A stretch of DNA of 62,317 bases, filler included, from Chiloscyllium plagiosum (lineage: Eukaryota): the NCBI RefSeq assembly GCF_004010195.1. It is 3 parts of one record of this genome, joined end to end, with 100 filler letters (N's around TTAATTAATTAA, not from the genome) between each part and the next. Parts side by side here need not be neighbours in the genome. Positions count along the whole stretch, not along the records: positions 15,240 to 46,405 come from NC_057713.1; 2 more parts are not named here. The stretch is one strand, 5' to 3'. The stretch's first letter is position 1. Every line of letters begins with the position of its first letter. The notes beneath the pieces are model-generated. The model saw nothing but the letters and a program-made list of their open reading frames with translations, did not search any database and was not told the origin of the DNA. The position numbers and the translations under genes are program-made. Positions 26,531 to 41,649 of the stretch are shown here, in pieces.

Positions 26531-27329
26531 ACTTTTTGCTGAAGAGTCCTTTGTTGTATTTGCAAACCTGACACCAATGTGCAGAGTATTCAAAAATATC
26601 GAGGCAGAGCAGTGAGCAATTATTTTCTTCATTTCAGACACTTTAGGGACTGTGAGTAAGATTGTATTAACAGATCAATTTTTGAGCCATCGATGTGTTC
26701 AACGTTGGGTCAAAAGTACAGCTGTAAAAACGGATGAGGAGAAGATTTTCTAAGTGGATGACACTTGGATAAGGAGAAACATGATATTTCTTTCACTGCT
26801 TCTGTTTTATGACTATTCCCCCTCCTCCCAATATCCCAGTGCATCAGCGCATGCAAAATGCAGACTTAGATTTTGAAGAAAAAAAAATTCTTATTTCCAC
26901 AGTTACTATGGCAGCAGCAGTTTGTTATGGAATTAGTGACAGCATGTTTCTGTAAAATGTCTTATTTCAGGTTTGAACACTGATTTCATCTTGCACGGTC
27001 ACATGTTAATTATTAAGAAACAAACTGAACATACTGCCCTTTATTTCAGCTTGTAAAACACTACAACAAAAGTTTAATGTCGATCTCAAATCTATACTTT
27101 TCATATCTATCTACCAATTATCTATTGGCTTCAAATACATAAATCTATTGGTTTTAAGCCTTTTAGAATAATAACTTTCTTTCAAATTACCGTCCAAATC
27201 CCAGTTCTCATTATTCTTTTAGGAGGTTCTGAGGAAATTGTCTCATTTCATAAAAGAAATCAAAGGCACGTTAACAGGAGATAAATCTGCCCCATCCTAA
27301 AGTGAAAGGAGGTTTATAATTCACATCCT

Positions 27330-27660
27330 TTTTTTCAGATCCTCCATGGCGTCATCTCTCCCTATCTCTGCAATCTCCTGCTGCCCGACAAGAGTCCAGG
27401 ATCTCTGGGCTCTAGTTGGTCTGGCCTCCTGAGTGTCATCAGTTTTAATTGTTCCCATATTGAGTCAGACCTTCAAGCACCTAGGTCCTCAGCTCTGCAG
27501 TTCGCTTCTTAAAGCGCTTGGCTTCTCTACTTCAGTATGCTCCTTGAAGATGTTGCTTAAATCAATCTCGTTGTTGTTGTCTTACCATGCCCTTCTGAGG
27601 GTCAGTGTCAAACTTTGTTGGATAAATCCCCGTGAGTGTTCTTGGGACACACTTTCATTA
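27330..27660 (+). mobile_element. Old L2-like LINE 3' fragment
   Basis: FRSSMASSLPISAIS-like region (tcctccatggcgtcatctctccctatctctgcaatctcc) resembles the L2 KSLHGLAPPYL..LL C-terminus; related fragments at about 34430-34620 and 42800-43160. Confidence 0.5.
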
Positions 27661-30600
27661 AATAAAACCAAGATATTTATGTTAAATAAAACTGAAAACA
27701 CAGTGCTTCTCAGGTCAGGCAGTGTTTGCTGAGAAGAAGCAGATAAAGTTGCAGGTTGCAGAAGCTTTCATTACTAACTTGTATTTATTGTCATGCTATG
27801 AGCAGATAAACTGGGATTAGACGTAGGCCATTTGGCCCCTTGAGCCTGCTTCATCATTTAATAAAATTGTGGTTATTCAATAACCCCACTAACCTGTCAC
27901 CACTTCCTTATCAAGAATTTATTTACACCTGTCTTGAAAAGGTTTCACTTTTGAGAAGGAGTTCATGACCTTCTAAGAAAGAAATTCTCCTCAATTTCCA
28001 TCTTAAATGTTTAGCCCCTTATTTTTAAACAGTGACCCCCAGTTATAAATCCCCCGACAAGAAGAAACATCTTTTTGACATCTACCTTGTGAAGATCCTC
28101 TTGAGATCTTATATATTCTCAATTCTCTTCTAAATTCCACCAGCCTAGCCTATCCAACCTTTCCCATTCATTCCACGTATTAGTCCCATAAACATTGTCA
28201 GGGCTGTTTCCAATGTATTTACATCCTTCCTTGGATAAGGAGACTAAAACTGTACACAGCCCTCCAGATGTGGACTCACTATACAACTGATGTGAAACCT
28301 CTTTCCTTTGTATTTGAGTTCCCTTTGTGCAGGTTAGGGAGGGTTAACCATGGTGAGCAATAACATTCTCTTAGATTTTCTAATTACTTGCTTGAGTTGC
28401 ACAGTAACCTTCCGTGATTTTTGCACTAGGACACCCAGATCCTTCTGCATCTCAGAGCTATGTAATCTCGAATCACAACATGGGAAGAGGAGGAGACCCC
28501 TCAGCCCTTTGAGTTCATTCTGTACTCCAATTAGATGGCTGATATGTATCTTAACTCAATTTATCCCTTTTGTTTCTGTACCCCTTAATATCTTTCCCTG
28601 AGTATATTAAGTTCAAGACATTGCGTATCAAGATATTGTTTGCCCATTGCTGTGAGCATGTGCCACGTACTGTTGGTATTTGTGCTATGGCAAAACGGTG
28701 AGAGGTCAGGGGGTTCTAAGTCTCAAACTGAGTCTGGTGGTTCTCTTCCGAGGATCTGCTATAGGCCTTTCCCAAAAGTATTCTTTACTGCTGCCGGGTA
28801 TCTTCCTACTTTCTTGATTGGGAAAACTTCCTGGGAGTTTCTTTTCTGAAAGTTGCCTGTGTGCTTCAGGTCCTTATATTACTGCCACCATGTAGAAAAT
28901 CCTGGTCGACTCTCAGATGGCTGAACAGTAACCAGTTGCATTGAACATAACACAATTCAGCAGAGAAAGTAGGAGGGAATCTCTCTGACCTCCTTGGGTC
29001 TTGGTTCTGTCTTGTTTTGACATGATTGTTACATAGCTCCTTATGTAAATGGTCAGAGCTTACTACTTGAGTAAGGGTATAGTTAACCCTTTAGGTCATG
29101 GTAATGCGTCTGATAAATTTATACCCAGCTGCAAGGACGCCCAGAGAGCTCACAAATGATAGAAATCTGAATTGTTCTTCCATGGATCTATATTCTAAAG
29201 CTGTATTGGGAAATGCATTTGTGAGGAAGCTAAGACAGAATTGTGATTAACTGTGTTGTGTTCCTCTCCTTCCCAACAGCTCCATCATCCCCTCTGGCCC
29301 CTTTCATCTTTCCATGCTGTTCCCACCCCCATGTCATTGAAAGGTTGCCAACATTCAATGTCTAGCCTCTTGAGTGAAGTGTAACCATTTGGATTAGATA
29401 CCAGAGGTTGACGGCAGATCTCAGAGTGAATCATCTCCATCAGGGGGAGGTCTGACTGATCGAAGCTTTTTAATGTGACCTTATGAACCAGTCAACACAC
29501 TCAGCATGACTTCATTGTAGAGAATCCTTTGAATCAACAGTACAAAGTCTTACAGAGTTTCATGGTGATCATAACTACAATTCACGCTGAAGAGAATAGA
29601 GTGACACCCACACAGTGATGTTTAACAGGACCCCCCACCCTGGCAATGACTGCATGTGGAAACAGGCACTGCATTAGCACAGATTTCTTTCTTCAAATTT
29701 TCCTGGGTGGAGAGTCTCACTGGGGGAAGTGGTGAGGTAGAAGAAACTCAAACAAAACTAAAAACATATTTGTACAAAAGCATATTTTTCAATTCTGTTC
29801 CTGTTGTTTCAAAAAAACTGCTTGAAGTGATATGAAGAGTAGGGGCTGAGCTGCTGGAGGTAGACAGGTGGAATCGGTTAGTTGAATGGGCGGATTTACT
29901 TCTGACTGAGACAGGATACACTAAATGCATACAGCTTGTAAATGGCGAAGGCTGAATTCATTACCAGGGCAGTAATGGTGATTTGCAATAAAAATCTTGA
30001 CAGGACTTCAGGCAAACCTACATGTCTATGACAAATATTTCGTACAGCACAGGAACCCCTCTTACCAAACAGAATCATAGAATGGCCATGGCACAGAAGA
30101 AGGTCATTTGGTCCATCATATCAATGCTATATCTCCAAGTAAGCAATGTATCCAGTGCCATTCGCCCTCTTTCTCCCTGCAACCCTGCATGTTCTTCCTT
30201 TCCAGATAATAATCCAATTTCCCTGTTTAATGTCTCAACTGAACCTATCTCCACCTCAATGTCAGGCAGTGCTTTCCAACGAGAAGGTTAAGAGAAAATT
30301 GAATAACGATGCCCAAAATTATCAAGGGTTTTGATAGAATAAGTATATCAGTAACCATACATTTAAAATAAGTGGAAAAGAACTTGAGGGGAGATGAAGA
30401 ATTCTTTTTGCAGCAATTTGATTTGAAAGGGCAGTGGACGCAAATCCAATGGGCCTTTCAAAAGGGTGTCAGATATCAACTGGAAGGGGAGAAACTTGGG
30501 TTACTGAACAATAGCAAAGAGATTGAGACTAATAGAATAATTACTTCAAAGACTTAGAACAGTCAGTAAGGATTGAATGGTCTCCTTCTGTGCAATTTTA

Positions 30601-32109
30601 TGCCAGTGTATACAGAAAGAGTCTTTCCTCTCCTGACAAAAGATGAAAACTTTTGGGGGCTGTATCAAATGTTAATGTTTGACTGCATTGTAGAAAGACT
30701 GATGCCATTCACTCAGTCAGTCTGAAGATTGATACATTCTAAAGATTCCCAATAATTCATTTGTCAACTCTTTGCCAGTCCTGCCCCATGTAGAATATGA
30801 AAACATTGTCCTAAGTAAACATCTCATTGGATTTTGCAGCAAAGTTGTTGCTGAAATATCAAACTAAGAACAATGTCAGATTGTTATACATTCCAATACT
30901 TCAAATTATTTTAAAGATTGGCTGCTACTAGGTTGGTATGCTTTGGTTATGTACCATAAACCTGATCCAGGGCTTTTGCCCCACAAACACCAACATCCAT
31001 CTTAAAAGGTTATTCTTCCAAACACATCATCACTGATCCTCTACATTTTCTAACAGAAACATTTGTGTTAGTTTCTCCCGAAATGATAAAACTTTATGAG
31101 TAGCGATGACTGAAATAGTTTCATCATAATGTGCAATGTTTTATTTTTCTGCAAATGAATGATTGCCATAACCTTACTGCTCCCCCATCTTAAAATGAGG
31201 TCCCACTTCCTACTGGGATAACCCGGCAGTGTACAGTGTATCTCTAGTAAAATCTACAGCAGGATAATGCGCAGGAAAGACAATGCTTTGGTTTTTTATG
31301 TACTCTATTCATAAAAGTTATTATAGGATTGAATCACTTTGGACAAGGAGTGGCAGTTGTTAACTCCACTTGGAGGGTAGTTCAGCAAAATGTTAGTTTT
31401 TGTGATGAAATTATAAGCTGTTATGAGAAATTGCTTTACTTCTGTTTCAATTACTATGTTTCAACACTGAAGTGTTGATTTTGTAATTGTCATTAAATTG
31501 CAATCTCTTTGAGCACATCCTGTCTTCTTTAAGTAACATTTTAGCCTGAAGCACACTATAACTTCTCCAGTGTAGTCTAGGAGATCCCCAACCAAGTTAC
31601 TGGAGACATCTGGGAATCTACTTACAAAGGGCAGAAACTTTATGAAATTATTGTGCTTTTGAATAGTCAAGTTAAACTAATACCACCAACATTCCTAATG
31701 AGTGAGGGACATCAATATGATTAGCAAAACAAAAGCAAGTTACCAACTTGGGGCTCTTATCCCTTCAGCTGGATGTAAAAGTTCCCACAATATTATTTTG
31801 AGGAAGAGCATAGACAATTCTCTTGAACATTGCTAATTCAGTTATTGTCACATTTGTGCCAGTTTTCTGTTGGTAAATTGGATGCTGTCTTCCCACACCA
31901 AAAGTGATTAGTCCACACAAGATGCTTCAGTAATTGTGAAGCATTTTGGAATGTCCTGAGGTCATGTCCGGTGTTATAGAGAAGCAAGTTCATTTTTTGG
32001 TTCCTTTTTCCATCTTTACATTAAGTTCCTTATGAAGTTGGACAGGAAAAAAGAGTTTTCTAATTTTGAATTAATCATGTTGGGCTACAAGCCATGGGAA
32101 TGCCACAGC

Positions 32110-33262
32110 CTAGAATACTGGAGTCAATTATAAAGGATGAAATTACGACACATCTGGATAGCAGTAACAGGATAGGTCAGAATCAGCATGGATTTATGAA
32201 GGAGAAATCATGCTTGACTAATCTAGAATTTTTTGAAGATGTAATTCTGAAGATGGACAAGGGAGATCCAGTGGATGTAGTGTACCTGGACTTTCAGAAA
32301 GCCTTTGATAAAGTCCCACATAGGAGGTTAGTGAGCAAAGTTAGAGCGCATGGTATTGGGGGCAAAGTACTGACTTGGATTGAAAATTGGTTGGCTGACA
32401 GGAAACAAAGAGCAGTGATAAACAGTTCCCTTTCGGAATGGCAAGCGGTGACCAATGCGGTACCGCAGGGATCAATGCTGGGACCGCAGCTTTTTACAAT
32501 ATACATGGTATTAACAATAACATTAGCAAATTTGCTGATGATACTAAGCTGGGTGGCAGGGTGAAATGTGAGGAGGATGCCAGGAGATTACTGGGTGACC
32601 TGGACAGGTGAGGTGAGTGGACAGATGCATGGCAGATGCAGTTTAATGTGGATAAATGTATGGTTATCAGAAGTTCTTCTGCAGCTGTACAGGGCCCTGG
32701 TGAGACCGCACCTGGAATATTATACGCAGTTCTGGTCTCCAAATTTGAGGAACGACATTATGGCTATTGAGGGAGTGCAGCGTAGGTTCACGAGGTCAAT
32801 TCCTGGAATAGTGGGACTATCTTATGTTGAAAGATTAGAGCGACTGGGCTTGTATACCCTTGAGTTTAGAAGACTGAGAGGGGATCTGATTGAGACGTAT
32901 AAGATTATTAAAGGATTGGACACTCTGGAGGCAGGAAACATGTTTCTGCTGATGGGTGAGTCCCGAACCAGAGGACACAGCTTAAAAATAAGGGGTAGGC
33001 CATTTAGGACAGAGATGAGGAGAAATCTCTTCACCCAGAGAGTGATGGGTGTGTAAAATGCTCTGCCCCAGAGGGCAGTGGAGGCCCAATCTCTGGATTT
33101 GTTTAAGAAAGAGTTGGATAGAGCTCTCAAGGATACTGGAATCAAGGGTTATGGAAATAAGGCAGGAACAGGATACTGATTGAGGATGATCAGCCATGAT
33201 CATAATGAATGGTGGTGCAGGCTCGAAAGGCAGAATGGCCTACTCCTGCACCTGTTGTCTAT
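32110..33262 (+). mobile_element. CR1 LINE RT/3' fragment with internal deletions
   Basis: QHGFMKEKSCLTNL..LDFQKAFDKVPH..VPQGSMLGP..LYRALVRPHLEY..FTQRVM; 3' UTR to 33262. Confidence 0.92.
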
Positions 33263-33349
33263 TCTAACCTAATTCTGTTCTCCCTCAAGGGTCATGCACA
33301 CCCTTTCCAGCAAGACTTCATCGATAATGAAAAGAAATGGAGACTTCTT

Positions 33350-34125
33350 TTTTATTCATTGTTGGGAAGGGAACATCATTGATTCGTGCAGAATTTGTTG
33401 TGGGTCCCTAATTGCCTGTGAGAAGGTGAGGGTATGTATGCGATTTGTGACACCCACAGTGTTGTGTAGAAGGGAGTTTCAGGATTTTAACCAAGCAATA
33501 ATGGGGATATATTTCCAAGTCAGAATGGTGTGTGACCTGGAAGGAAACTTGCAGGTTGGATGATGTTCCCATGCTCTTGTTGCTCTTTAAGTGGGGGAGA
33601 GGCCACAGGTTCAGAAGGTGCTTTGGAAGGAGACCACTTCCATGCATTTTATAGATGGAACATCAGCCATCACTAGGCAATCTGTGGAGGGAGTGAATAC
33701 TGAAAGTTAGAAAATGAGTAACAATCAAGTGGGCTGCTTTGTCATGAATGGCATTAAGTTTCTTGAGTGTTGTTGGAGCCATATTCATCTGGGCAAGTGG
33801 AGAGTATTCCATCATATTCTTAACTTATGAACAGGCTTTGAGGAGTCAGGTCAAGTTACAGAATTCCCAGCTCTTGTAGCCACAGTATTGATATGGCTGG
33901 CCTAGTAACGTTTCTGGTCAGTGGTAACACCTAGGATGGTAATAATGGAGCATGTGGTGATGATAGTGCCATGAAATCTCAAGGAGCGAGAATTATAATC
34001 TCTCTTGTTAGAGATAATCATTGCTTGACACTTGTGTTGTGTAACTGCTACTTGCTATTATCAACCCAATTAGATGCTGTTCAAGCCTTGCGATGTATGA
34101 GCATGGACTGGCTCACTATCTGAGA
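33350..34125 (-). mobile_element. Second LINE family (CR1/L2 group), 3' fragment
   Basis: Minus strand encodes MEYSPLAQMNMAPTTLKKLNAIHDKAAHLI; tail atgaataaaaa. Related pieces at about 15710-16200, 40455-40600 and 58410-58730. Confidence 0.65.
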
Positions 34126-37100
34126 TGCTAAGATGGCCCTGAATCTAATTGATTTTCTGAGGGTTTATTAAGGTCTCTAACAACATCTCAACTGGCTTAA
34201 GGCAGATCATCAGCAAATTCTGATATACCAATTCTATACATTCTTAAAAGGAGCAAACAAAAGTGAGAAAATAAAGTTTAATTCTAAAACTGAGTTAACT
34301 TACACCAAACTAAACCAAATTATGCATCTGGTTTGATCCTGGCAACATAGATGGCTAATAGAAGTGCTGATCCAGATGTAACTATTTCAACAGTCACCCC
34401 GTTAGTCTCACTACTTCTACCCTTCATAAATGACAGACCATCTAAAGCTTTGTTGCACAAATTCTAATTCACATCATGCCCCATTCACCTGTCACTCCTT
34501 TACTCACTGACCTGCATCAGTTCCTCATCTAGCAAAACTTACATTTTAAAATTTCCAACTTTGTTTTCAAATCCCTCCATTGCTGCACCCATGCCCATCT
34601 CTTTAACTTTCTCCTTGACTAAGATAGTCTTTAAAATCTACTCTCTGAACAGATTTACTATCACCAATCTCTTATTTCTCTCTATGTCATGTCATGCCCA
34701 GTATGATATTAATTTTAGTCAATACTTCTCAAAATTAGATATAAAACAGATGACCAACACAATTTATGTGACTTTTGAAATTTTAGACCACGACAACATG
34801 AAGACTCAAATAAATAGCTAATTAAAAATGGGCTTTCACAGCCAGCTAGGAATTCACTCAGTTCTGTTTGAAGATGTGCCAAAAATAAACATAAAATATC
34901 ATAGAGTTTTCCAGGCTACTTGCCTCTAAGTTTCTTATTTGAAGAAAGGAAAGGTCGAAACTGAATTTTTGACAGGTGGAAATGAATATCATTTTTAACT
35001 TCCATGCTGGTCTAAACGAAAGAAGATAGACCTCAGATGTTTTAATCTAGAACATTATATGTGCAATTAACATGAAAACCACATTTTTTTTTTAGAAACT
35101 TCCTTGAACATGAGAAAGTTCACATGGAGACAGCCAAGTTTTCTTTGTCTATTCAAAAGACAAACTAGACATTGCAGATCCACCTAAAGCCATCAGAACT
35201 ACCGGCTCAGCCAGTCTGAGATCTGGACTCAGAAACAAACAGGCAACCAAAGTATGTAACCAGTTCCTATTAGCATTCACCTGAAAACAAAACTTTTAGC
35301 CACTCATCTATAAGAAACCTTGCAACCTGTCATTAACCTTTTATCTTAAAAAGAAACATTTTAAAACTTTAAAGCATCAAATCCATTCAAGAAACCACAC
35401 AGATGCCATGTGGGGAATTAGAGAAGCTGACCTAAATGTAATTTGCAAACGTTTGTAATTAATCTTGTCCTACATGAGTACATTTGTGAGAAGGATTACA
35501 TAGTATGTTGGGGTAATTCAGGGCAAGTGTGAAAATAAATGACTTTATTTTTAAACTCACAAAAGCTTGCTGCTGAATGGTTTAATTAGAAGATACGGTC
35601 CAAAGTTAAGAAAAGACACATCACTTCCTATTCATCATATACTGATCGTGGGCAGTAAGGGAATACTGTGCATGGATTCTGCAGGTAACAATGGTTCACT
35701 GTCAAATTTTGATTGAGAATGTTCCTTTAGATTTGTCTTAGGTTTTTAATTGCATTAAAGACTCAACCAAAGTGCAAATTGTTGTTAAAATCATACTAGT
35801 AAAAGTAAATATCTTAACTTGTTGCAGCAAGCCATCTTTTATAAAGAGTTTAAGTCAGTAAATCTTAGAATGTCTGTAGTGGTCCATGTTATTTTCACAT
35901 TTCTTTCAAGCCTATTATTCAAAACTCATTGAACTCTATAGTGGAATTTTTAAAATATTTCATGTCATATATTTGATTGAATTTGCTACAAGTTGGATCC
36001 TGTATGAAAACAACTGCCTGGCTGGTTGGCAAAATTAGACAGCCTGTATAGACAGCTGCATCACTCAAAATCACATCTAACCAGAGTTGAGTAAAGCTCA
36101 TTATATGAACAGTTTTAACTCTGTCTGTGACACTTCCGTCCTGAAAAAAAAAAGTTTCTTCCAGTCTCAAACCTATTGGAGTGATTGAAAGTAGTTTCAT
36201 TGTTTTTTACATCCTGCAGATCAAAGATCAATATTGTGAATCCAGACTTGGTTTTGATTGAAAGGGCTATCATGCTTTCACCTCACAATTCTATGAGCGC
36301 AGGAGCAAATTGGGAGGTGAGAGAACTTAAAAATTGTTTACCTGTCATGTTTCTGCCCTGACTAGTATTTTACCAGCAGCAGTTTCCTCTAAGGCCAGTT
36401 GCAGCCATTATTAGCCAATGAGTGGTGAGTCCTGACACATTTCTGACCTTCTCCACGAGAGCAGCTGCTGCAATTCCAGCAGTCACCACCACACGCAGTG
36501 GTGCTGCTGTGCTTAGAGAGCCACTAGCCCCTCTGATTGGGCAGCAGCTCTTGACTGCAGGATGTCTCCTTCTTGAGGCGTGGAAGCAAGCAGCTGATTG
36601 GCTGAATCAAACCTGGCATATGATTTCCAGGACCAGAGGATGCAGGCTTGTCCCCAGCCAATGGGTGGGATCATTACCTCCACATAAATTCCCAACCATG
36701 TTACAGGAGAGCAAAACAAGGAGGATTGCATTTATCAAACATCGTCTTATGCTTCGCAGCAGCATCACCAAATATTTGATGCAGAATTAATCAGTTGGCA
36801 ATGCAGTTAAATTGGAAACCAATTTTATGTACAATAAGATCCCAAAAACACAAATGAGATAAAATGAGGCAGAAGGAGGAACCAGCTTCCTTGCCCTTTA
36901 CTCCACTTGGCCACACAAACAGCACAGAGTACCTCATTTCGCCAGTTACACCTGACCCTGCTGTGATTAAAATCCATGTTGTGACATATTATTTTTGGAC
37001 AATCTCCCTTCTCCAGATAAAAGAAATTACTGCGTGCCAAAATGTATTCCAGATATTCCTCCCAAGAATGAGCAATGCAACAGCAAAGTCAATGCAGTGA

Positions 37101-37472
37101 GAGGTGGGAGTGAAAGCCCTTTCCTCATTTCAAAGCTGTGAATAGGTCAGTTCATGTTTGCAGCAATTCCTGTTTCGAGTGTGTTTTAGAATTTATTAGG
37201 AAACCTAATTAGGTCTTGAGAAGACCCTGTTTAAAGTTTCAATATCTCTCTCCATCTGTTGTTTTCTGTTCCATAAAGAGTTTTTAATTTGAATTTTGAA
37301 GAGGTGATGTTGATGAGGGAGTGCAGACCCCCTACATATTTAGTGCTGATTCTGCAGAAGGTCCCTGATGAAAGATAGAGTCCAGAGATGAAGACGTCTT
37401 GCCTCAAGCATCAGTTAAAAACATGAGACACGCTTGTAATTAATTGCCAGAAAAGAGCTTTACTCACACTAA

Positions 37473-37541
37473 AGATTTTACAGTCACTACCTATAATGCA
37501 GGGAGATTTTACAGTCACTACCTATAATGGAGGGAGATTTT
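37473..37541. repeat. 31-bp tandem duplication
   Basis: agattttacagtcactacctataatg(c/g)aggg x 2.2. Confidence 0.9.
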
Positions 37542-38299
37542 CTTTTGCTAGTTGAAAAGCTTAAGAACACAAGAAATAAGAGTAAAAGTCAACTCTGGTG
37601 CATTGAGCTTGCTCCATCATTCAATATTGTCATGATTGAAATTCTACATCAGTCATATATTCCTTGATTCTCTTAGCTCCCAAAGAAAGTATTGCATTTC
37701 CATCTTTGTAGGGATCTCTGGGATTGAGAATTCAAAAGGTTCAGAACCCTCTGGGTGAAGAAATTTCCCCTCATCTTAGTCCAAAATGACTGATCACTGA
37801 TCCCAAGATGGTAACCCCATGTTCTAGAATATCCAACCTGGGGAGATGGCATGAAAACTGAGGAATGAAAGAATGAAAAAAAACACAATCTTCACAACTG
37901 TGGTTTTGACACCCTATAAAGTCTAATTAAAAAGAGAAAAAGTTCACATTTATATACCACATTTGACAATGTCAGAATGTCTCAAAGTGTTTTACACTTG
38001 AATAGATTTTGTGAAGCTTAAACACAGTTGTGATATTAGAAACATGGCAGCCATTTTGCACACTGCAAGATCCCACTGACAGGAATGTAATACTAAATAA
38101 TGTGATGTGGTTGAAGGATACAAGTTGACCAAAGTACCAGGACTAACCAGCTGCCTTTTGAAAAAGTGCCATTGGATCTGTCCCATCCACCTGAATGGCC
38201 AAATGGAGCCTTGTTAAAATCTCCTGTTAACACTGAAACACACCTTTCTTAACTCCCAAACAGTACCATGATCCCTTGGTATTAAACTTTCACAAAAAT

Positions 38300-38440
38300 A
38301 GTGCTCCCTCAGTACAAACCTATGTCAGTGCAATGCTCCCTGAATACTGACCCTCCGACAGTGCAATGTTCCCTCAGTCCTGACCCTCTGACAATCCCTC
38401 AATACTGACTCTCTGAATATACAATACTCCCTCAGTACTC
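38300..38440. repeat. Degenerate about 32-bp minisatellite (ctccctcagtactgaccctctgacagtgcaatg)
   Basis: Four to five degenerate units adjoining a reverse DeuSINE-like copy (about 37950-38250). Confidence 0.7.
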
Positions 38441-41233
38441 AAAGCTCACATTTTGGGTGATGAGTTTGGGGGCTGTAGTGTAAAGGGTTAATGCTAAATA
38501 TGTAAGTCGTCAGTTTGCATAATCATTGATGTAAGAGATCAAATGAGAACAGACTCTGAAGTAAAGATGGTTCTGTGTTCTGCCTCCTACAATGCTTAAG
38601 CCTATTTCGTAATTTTACTGACAGCCTAGTCTCAACGGTCTCTATTGATGTTGACAAGGACACAATCTCCCTCTAAGACCTACTATCATGATAACAGAAG
38701 ACCGGGGAGAATTCAAATTTCCCACTGCCCAGAATTCTGAGATGCAGATGTAAATCCAGGGTTGTGTGGACAGAATGCCAAATAACAATTGCTTTCAAAA
38801 ATTACTCACAGCTGCAGCAGTCTCTCCACAAATTCGCCACAGTCTTCAGTCTCAGCAATTCTTCCTGCCTGCCTTGTCTCAGCTTATCCATGCAGCAGCT
38901 GTGTCTTATACAGCTCTCAATTTAACTTACCTCAGTGCATTGTATCAATTAAAACCATGGGCTCTGAGTATACAATTCCACTGGTCATATATTCTAATGA
39001 ACTCGCTAATGTCCCAGTATACCACCCAAATCAAAAAGAAATTCCCAGCTTCTGGTTGGGAGAACAAGATGAAAACTTTGCACTGTTTATTCTGCAAGGT
39101 AAATAGCACTGGTGCTTTCAAATGGAATACTTTGCTATTTAGGGTCTAGTGACTATCAAAGGTTGAAGATTTGAACAGAAATGTGAGATGAAGGGCACAA
39201 GTTTATCCATCCTCTGGAGGCAACTTCAGTGTGGGGGATTGGAAAATGCACATCCAGTTGGCTCCCTAACACATTCCCACCTCCATATGCTTTTGCAGAA
39301 AGTTTATTAGCCCAATTAAGATCCGATTTAGGGAAAAGAAACTACCTATGGCTCCCTGAGCTGGTCAGAGGGACATAAGTGCTGTTTCTTACAAAGCAAT
39401 GAATGAGAGTTCAGTCTTTTCTATAATCTTTCCTATGGGGAGATTTCACTCTTAACATTGAAGGCCCTCAGAGTTGCAGGCTTTCCTTACTTCGAGCATT
39501 TAAGTAGGCATCAGAGATCATTCTGATGTTGAGACACCTTGACACTAGCCTACCTTCCCCAGCAGCGTCCATCCTGTCCACCCAGGGTTATTGGCTCTCC
39601 CATTGGGTCTCCCACCTCAGGAACCCACCCACTATCCTGAATTGGCTGTCTTTCAAAAGATCTGGGTCAGGTTCCGACCCAGAAATGGAGCCGCGATTAA
39701 AAAAAATGTCATTTCAATTCCCCTGTTGGGGAAAATCTAATGATGTGAAAACATGATTGACTTGTTCCAAATTTGATATTGGTTAGATAAACTGAACTTG
39801 AATAAATTGCTTGCTTTAAGTACAAATTCTATATGGGTTGATTTAAGGGACATTGCCTTCCTTTTTGGAACCTGAAGTTTACCAGTTTAATCTTAACCAC
39901 CTTACACACGGATAGGGTGGGGAATAGGAAGGCATTATTTTCATGGGATATGGGTGTCACTAACAAGGCCAGCATTTGTTGCCTTTGAACTGACAGGCTT
40001 CCTGGGTCATTTCAGATGAAATTTAAGAATCAACCTGTGATTCTGGAGTCACACGAAGGCTAGATCAGGTCAGGAAGCAGATCCATTCACAAAAGGACAT
40101 TCAGGAATCATTGGGTTTTCTGACAATTGGTGCTAGTTGCATGCTCACCATCAGTGAACCTAGCTTTCAATTCCAGTTTTTTAAAATCAACTAAACATGA
40201 ATTTCACCAGCTTCTGTGATGGGATTTGAACTTGTGTGCAGCACATGATTCCTTCCTTATGCTCAAAAATGTAAGTGAAGTAATAATAAGCATTCCTTCC
40301 CCTGCATCTCCTGCCCAACCCTTGTTCAGATTTCAATATTGTATAGTATCCTGACCTTCAGAGTATTTGAATATAATGAATAAGTTGAGGGGGGATGCTG
40401 GCTAGTGATAAAGACTGAGAAGAATCAAATTATTGGACATCATGGTGAGTTTTTAAAAATTCATTTGTGGGACTTGGGCGTCGCTGGTTGGCCAGCAGTG
40501 ATAGCCCATCCTTATTTGCCCTTGAGAAGATGGTGAACTGTGTTCTTGAATCGCTGCAGTCCACTTGCTGTGGGTTGACCCACAATGCTGGTAGGGAGAG
40601 AATAGAAAACCAATGTCCTTAATGAGGCTGGTGATTGAAAAATCGCATCTTCTTTTGTTTCAAACTAGAACATGATGTATTCCTTTGTCGAGACCACACA
40701 GGATGTTTCCCAACTGTTGCGAATAGGCTGGACACTAAGAATGTTGCAAAATGTTCATATATGTCAATTAGTCATAGCTCTTAATGAGAATTCTCTTGTA
40801 GGCTGCCAACTCCAGTAATGAATCACCAAATCTTGGAGCAGAATTTGTAAATAACACTGTCATTGACGGTTACTTGAAATTTGTCTAACCACACTTGTAA
40901 ATTTTAATGCCTTCAGTTACTTTCCAAGAAAGGTGAAGTAAAACTTTGTAAGTATTTAGGGTGAGTAGGGACTTAGGGGCTCTCATTGTACAGTGGTAGT
41001 GTCCCTATCTCTCAGCCTGGACACTTGGGTTCAGGTCCCACCTGCTCCAGAAATGTGCAATAACATTGCAGAACATGGAAAAATATAGAAAATATCTTAG
41101 GATGGTCAGGAGAAACACTCTATTTGTGCTCTGCTGAACTTAGAAGGCAAATTCAGCTTTCAGTATGTTAATATACCTGTTTGATATTTTCACAGAAGGA
41201 ATGTGAAACATAACAGCTACCAAATTGTAATAG

Positions 41234-41649
41234 ACAAAAAAGCTGCAGATGTGGGATTCCAAGGTAGACACGTAGGAGGCTAGAAGAACGCAGCAAGCCA
41301 GACAACATCAGGAGGTAGAGAAGTCAATGTTTTGGGTATGACCCTTCTTCAGGACTGGGGATGGGTGCAAGGAGAGCTGCAGATAAAGGGGGTTGGGGGG
41401 GAGTTGGGCAGGTGGTGAGGTGGGAATAGGTGAACACAGGTACAGGGTATGAACTGGTCGGTTGATGGAAGGAATGAATCCAGAAGGAAGGGTCGATGAG
41501 AGGAATGGAAGGGAAGGGGGAGGCATCCCTTTATCTGCAGCTCCCCCCACACCCACCCCCACTCCTGAAGAAGGGTTGTACTTGAAATGTTGACTTCTCC
41601 ATTTCCTGATGCTGCCTGGCTTGCTGATTTCTTCCAGCCTCTGGCTTGC
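41234..41649. mobile_element. Fold-back element with degenerate hammerhead motifs in both arms and 12-17 bp TSD
   Basis: Arms about 41260-41395 and 41525-41654 are reverse complements; CTGAAGA-AGGGT..GAAA on + at 41565 and a mutated mirror on -; flanks CTACCAAATTGTAATAG at 41217-41233 and 41650-41666. Confidence 0.8.

Noticed and set aside
26638..26651. 14-nt microexon candidate (atttcag|ACACTTTAGGGACT|gtgagt)
   Set aside because: Good splice-like signals, but frame-shifting length and no gene context to support it.
40802..40868. Exon-like AANSSNESPNLGAEFVNNTVID
   Set aside because: Only a few residues resemble PKHD1L1 (GEFFNNTV), the donor is weak and the position is out of order.
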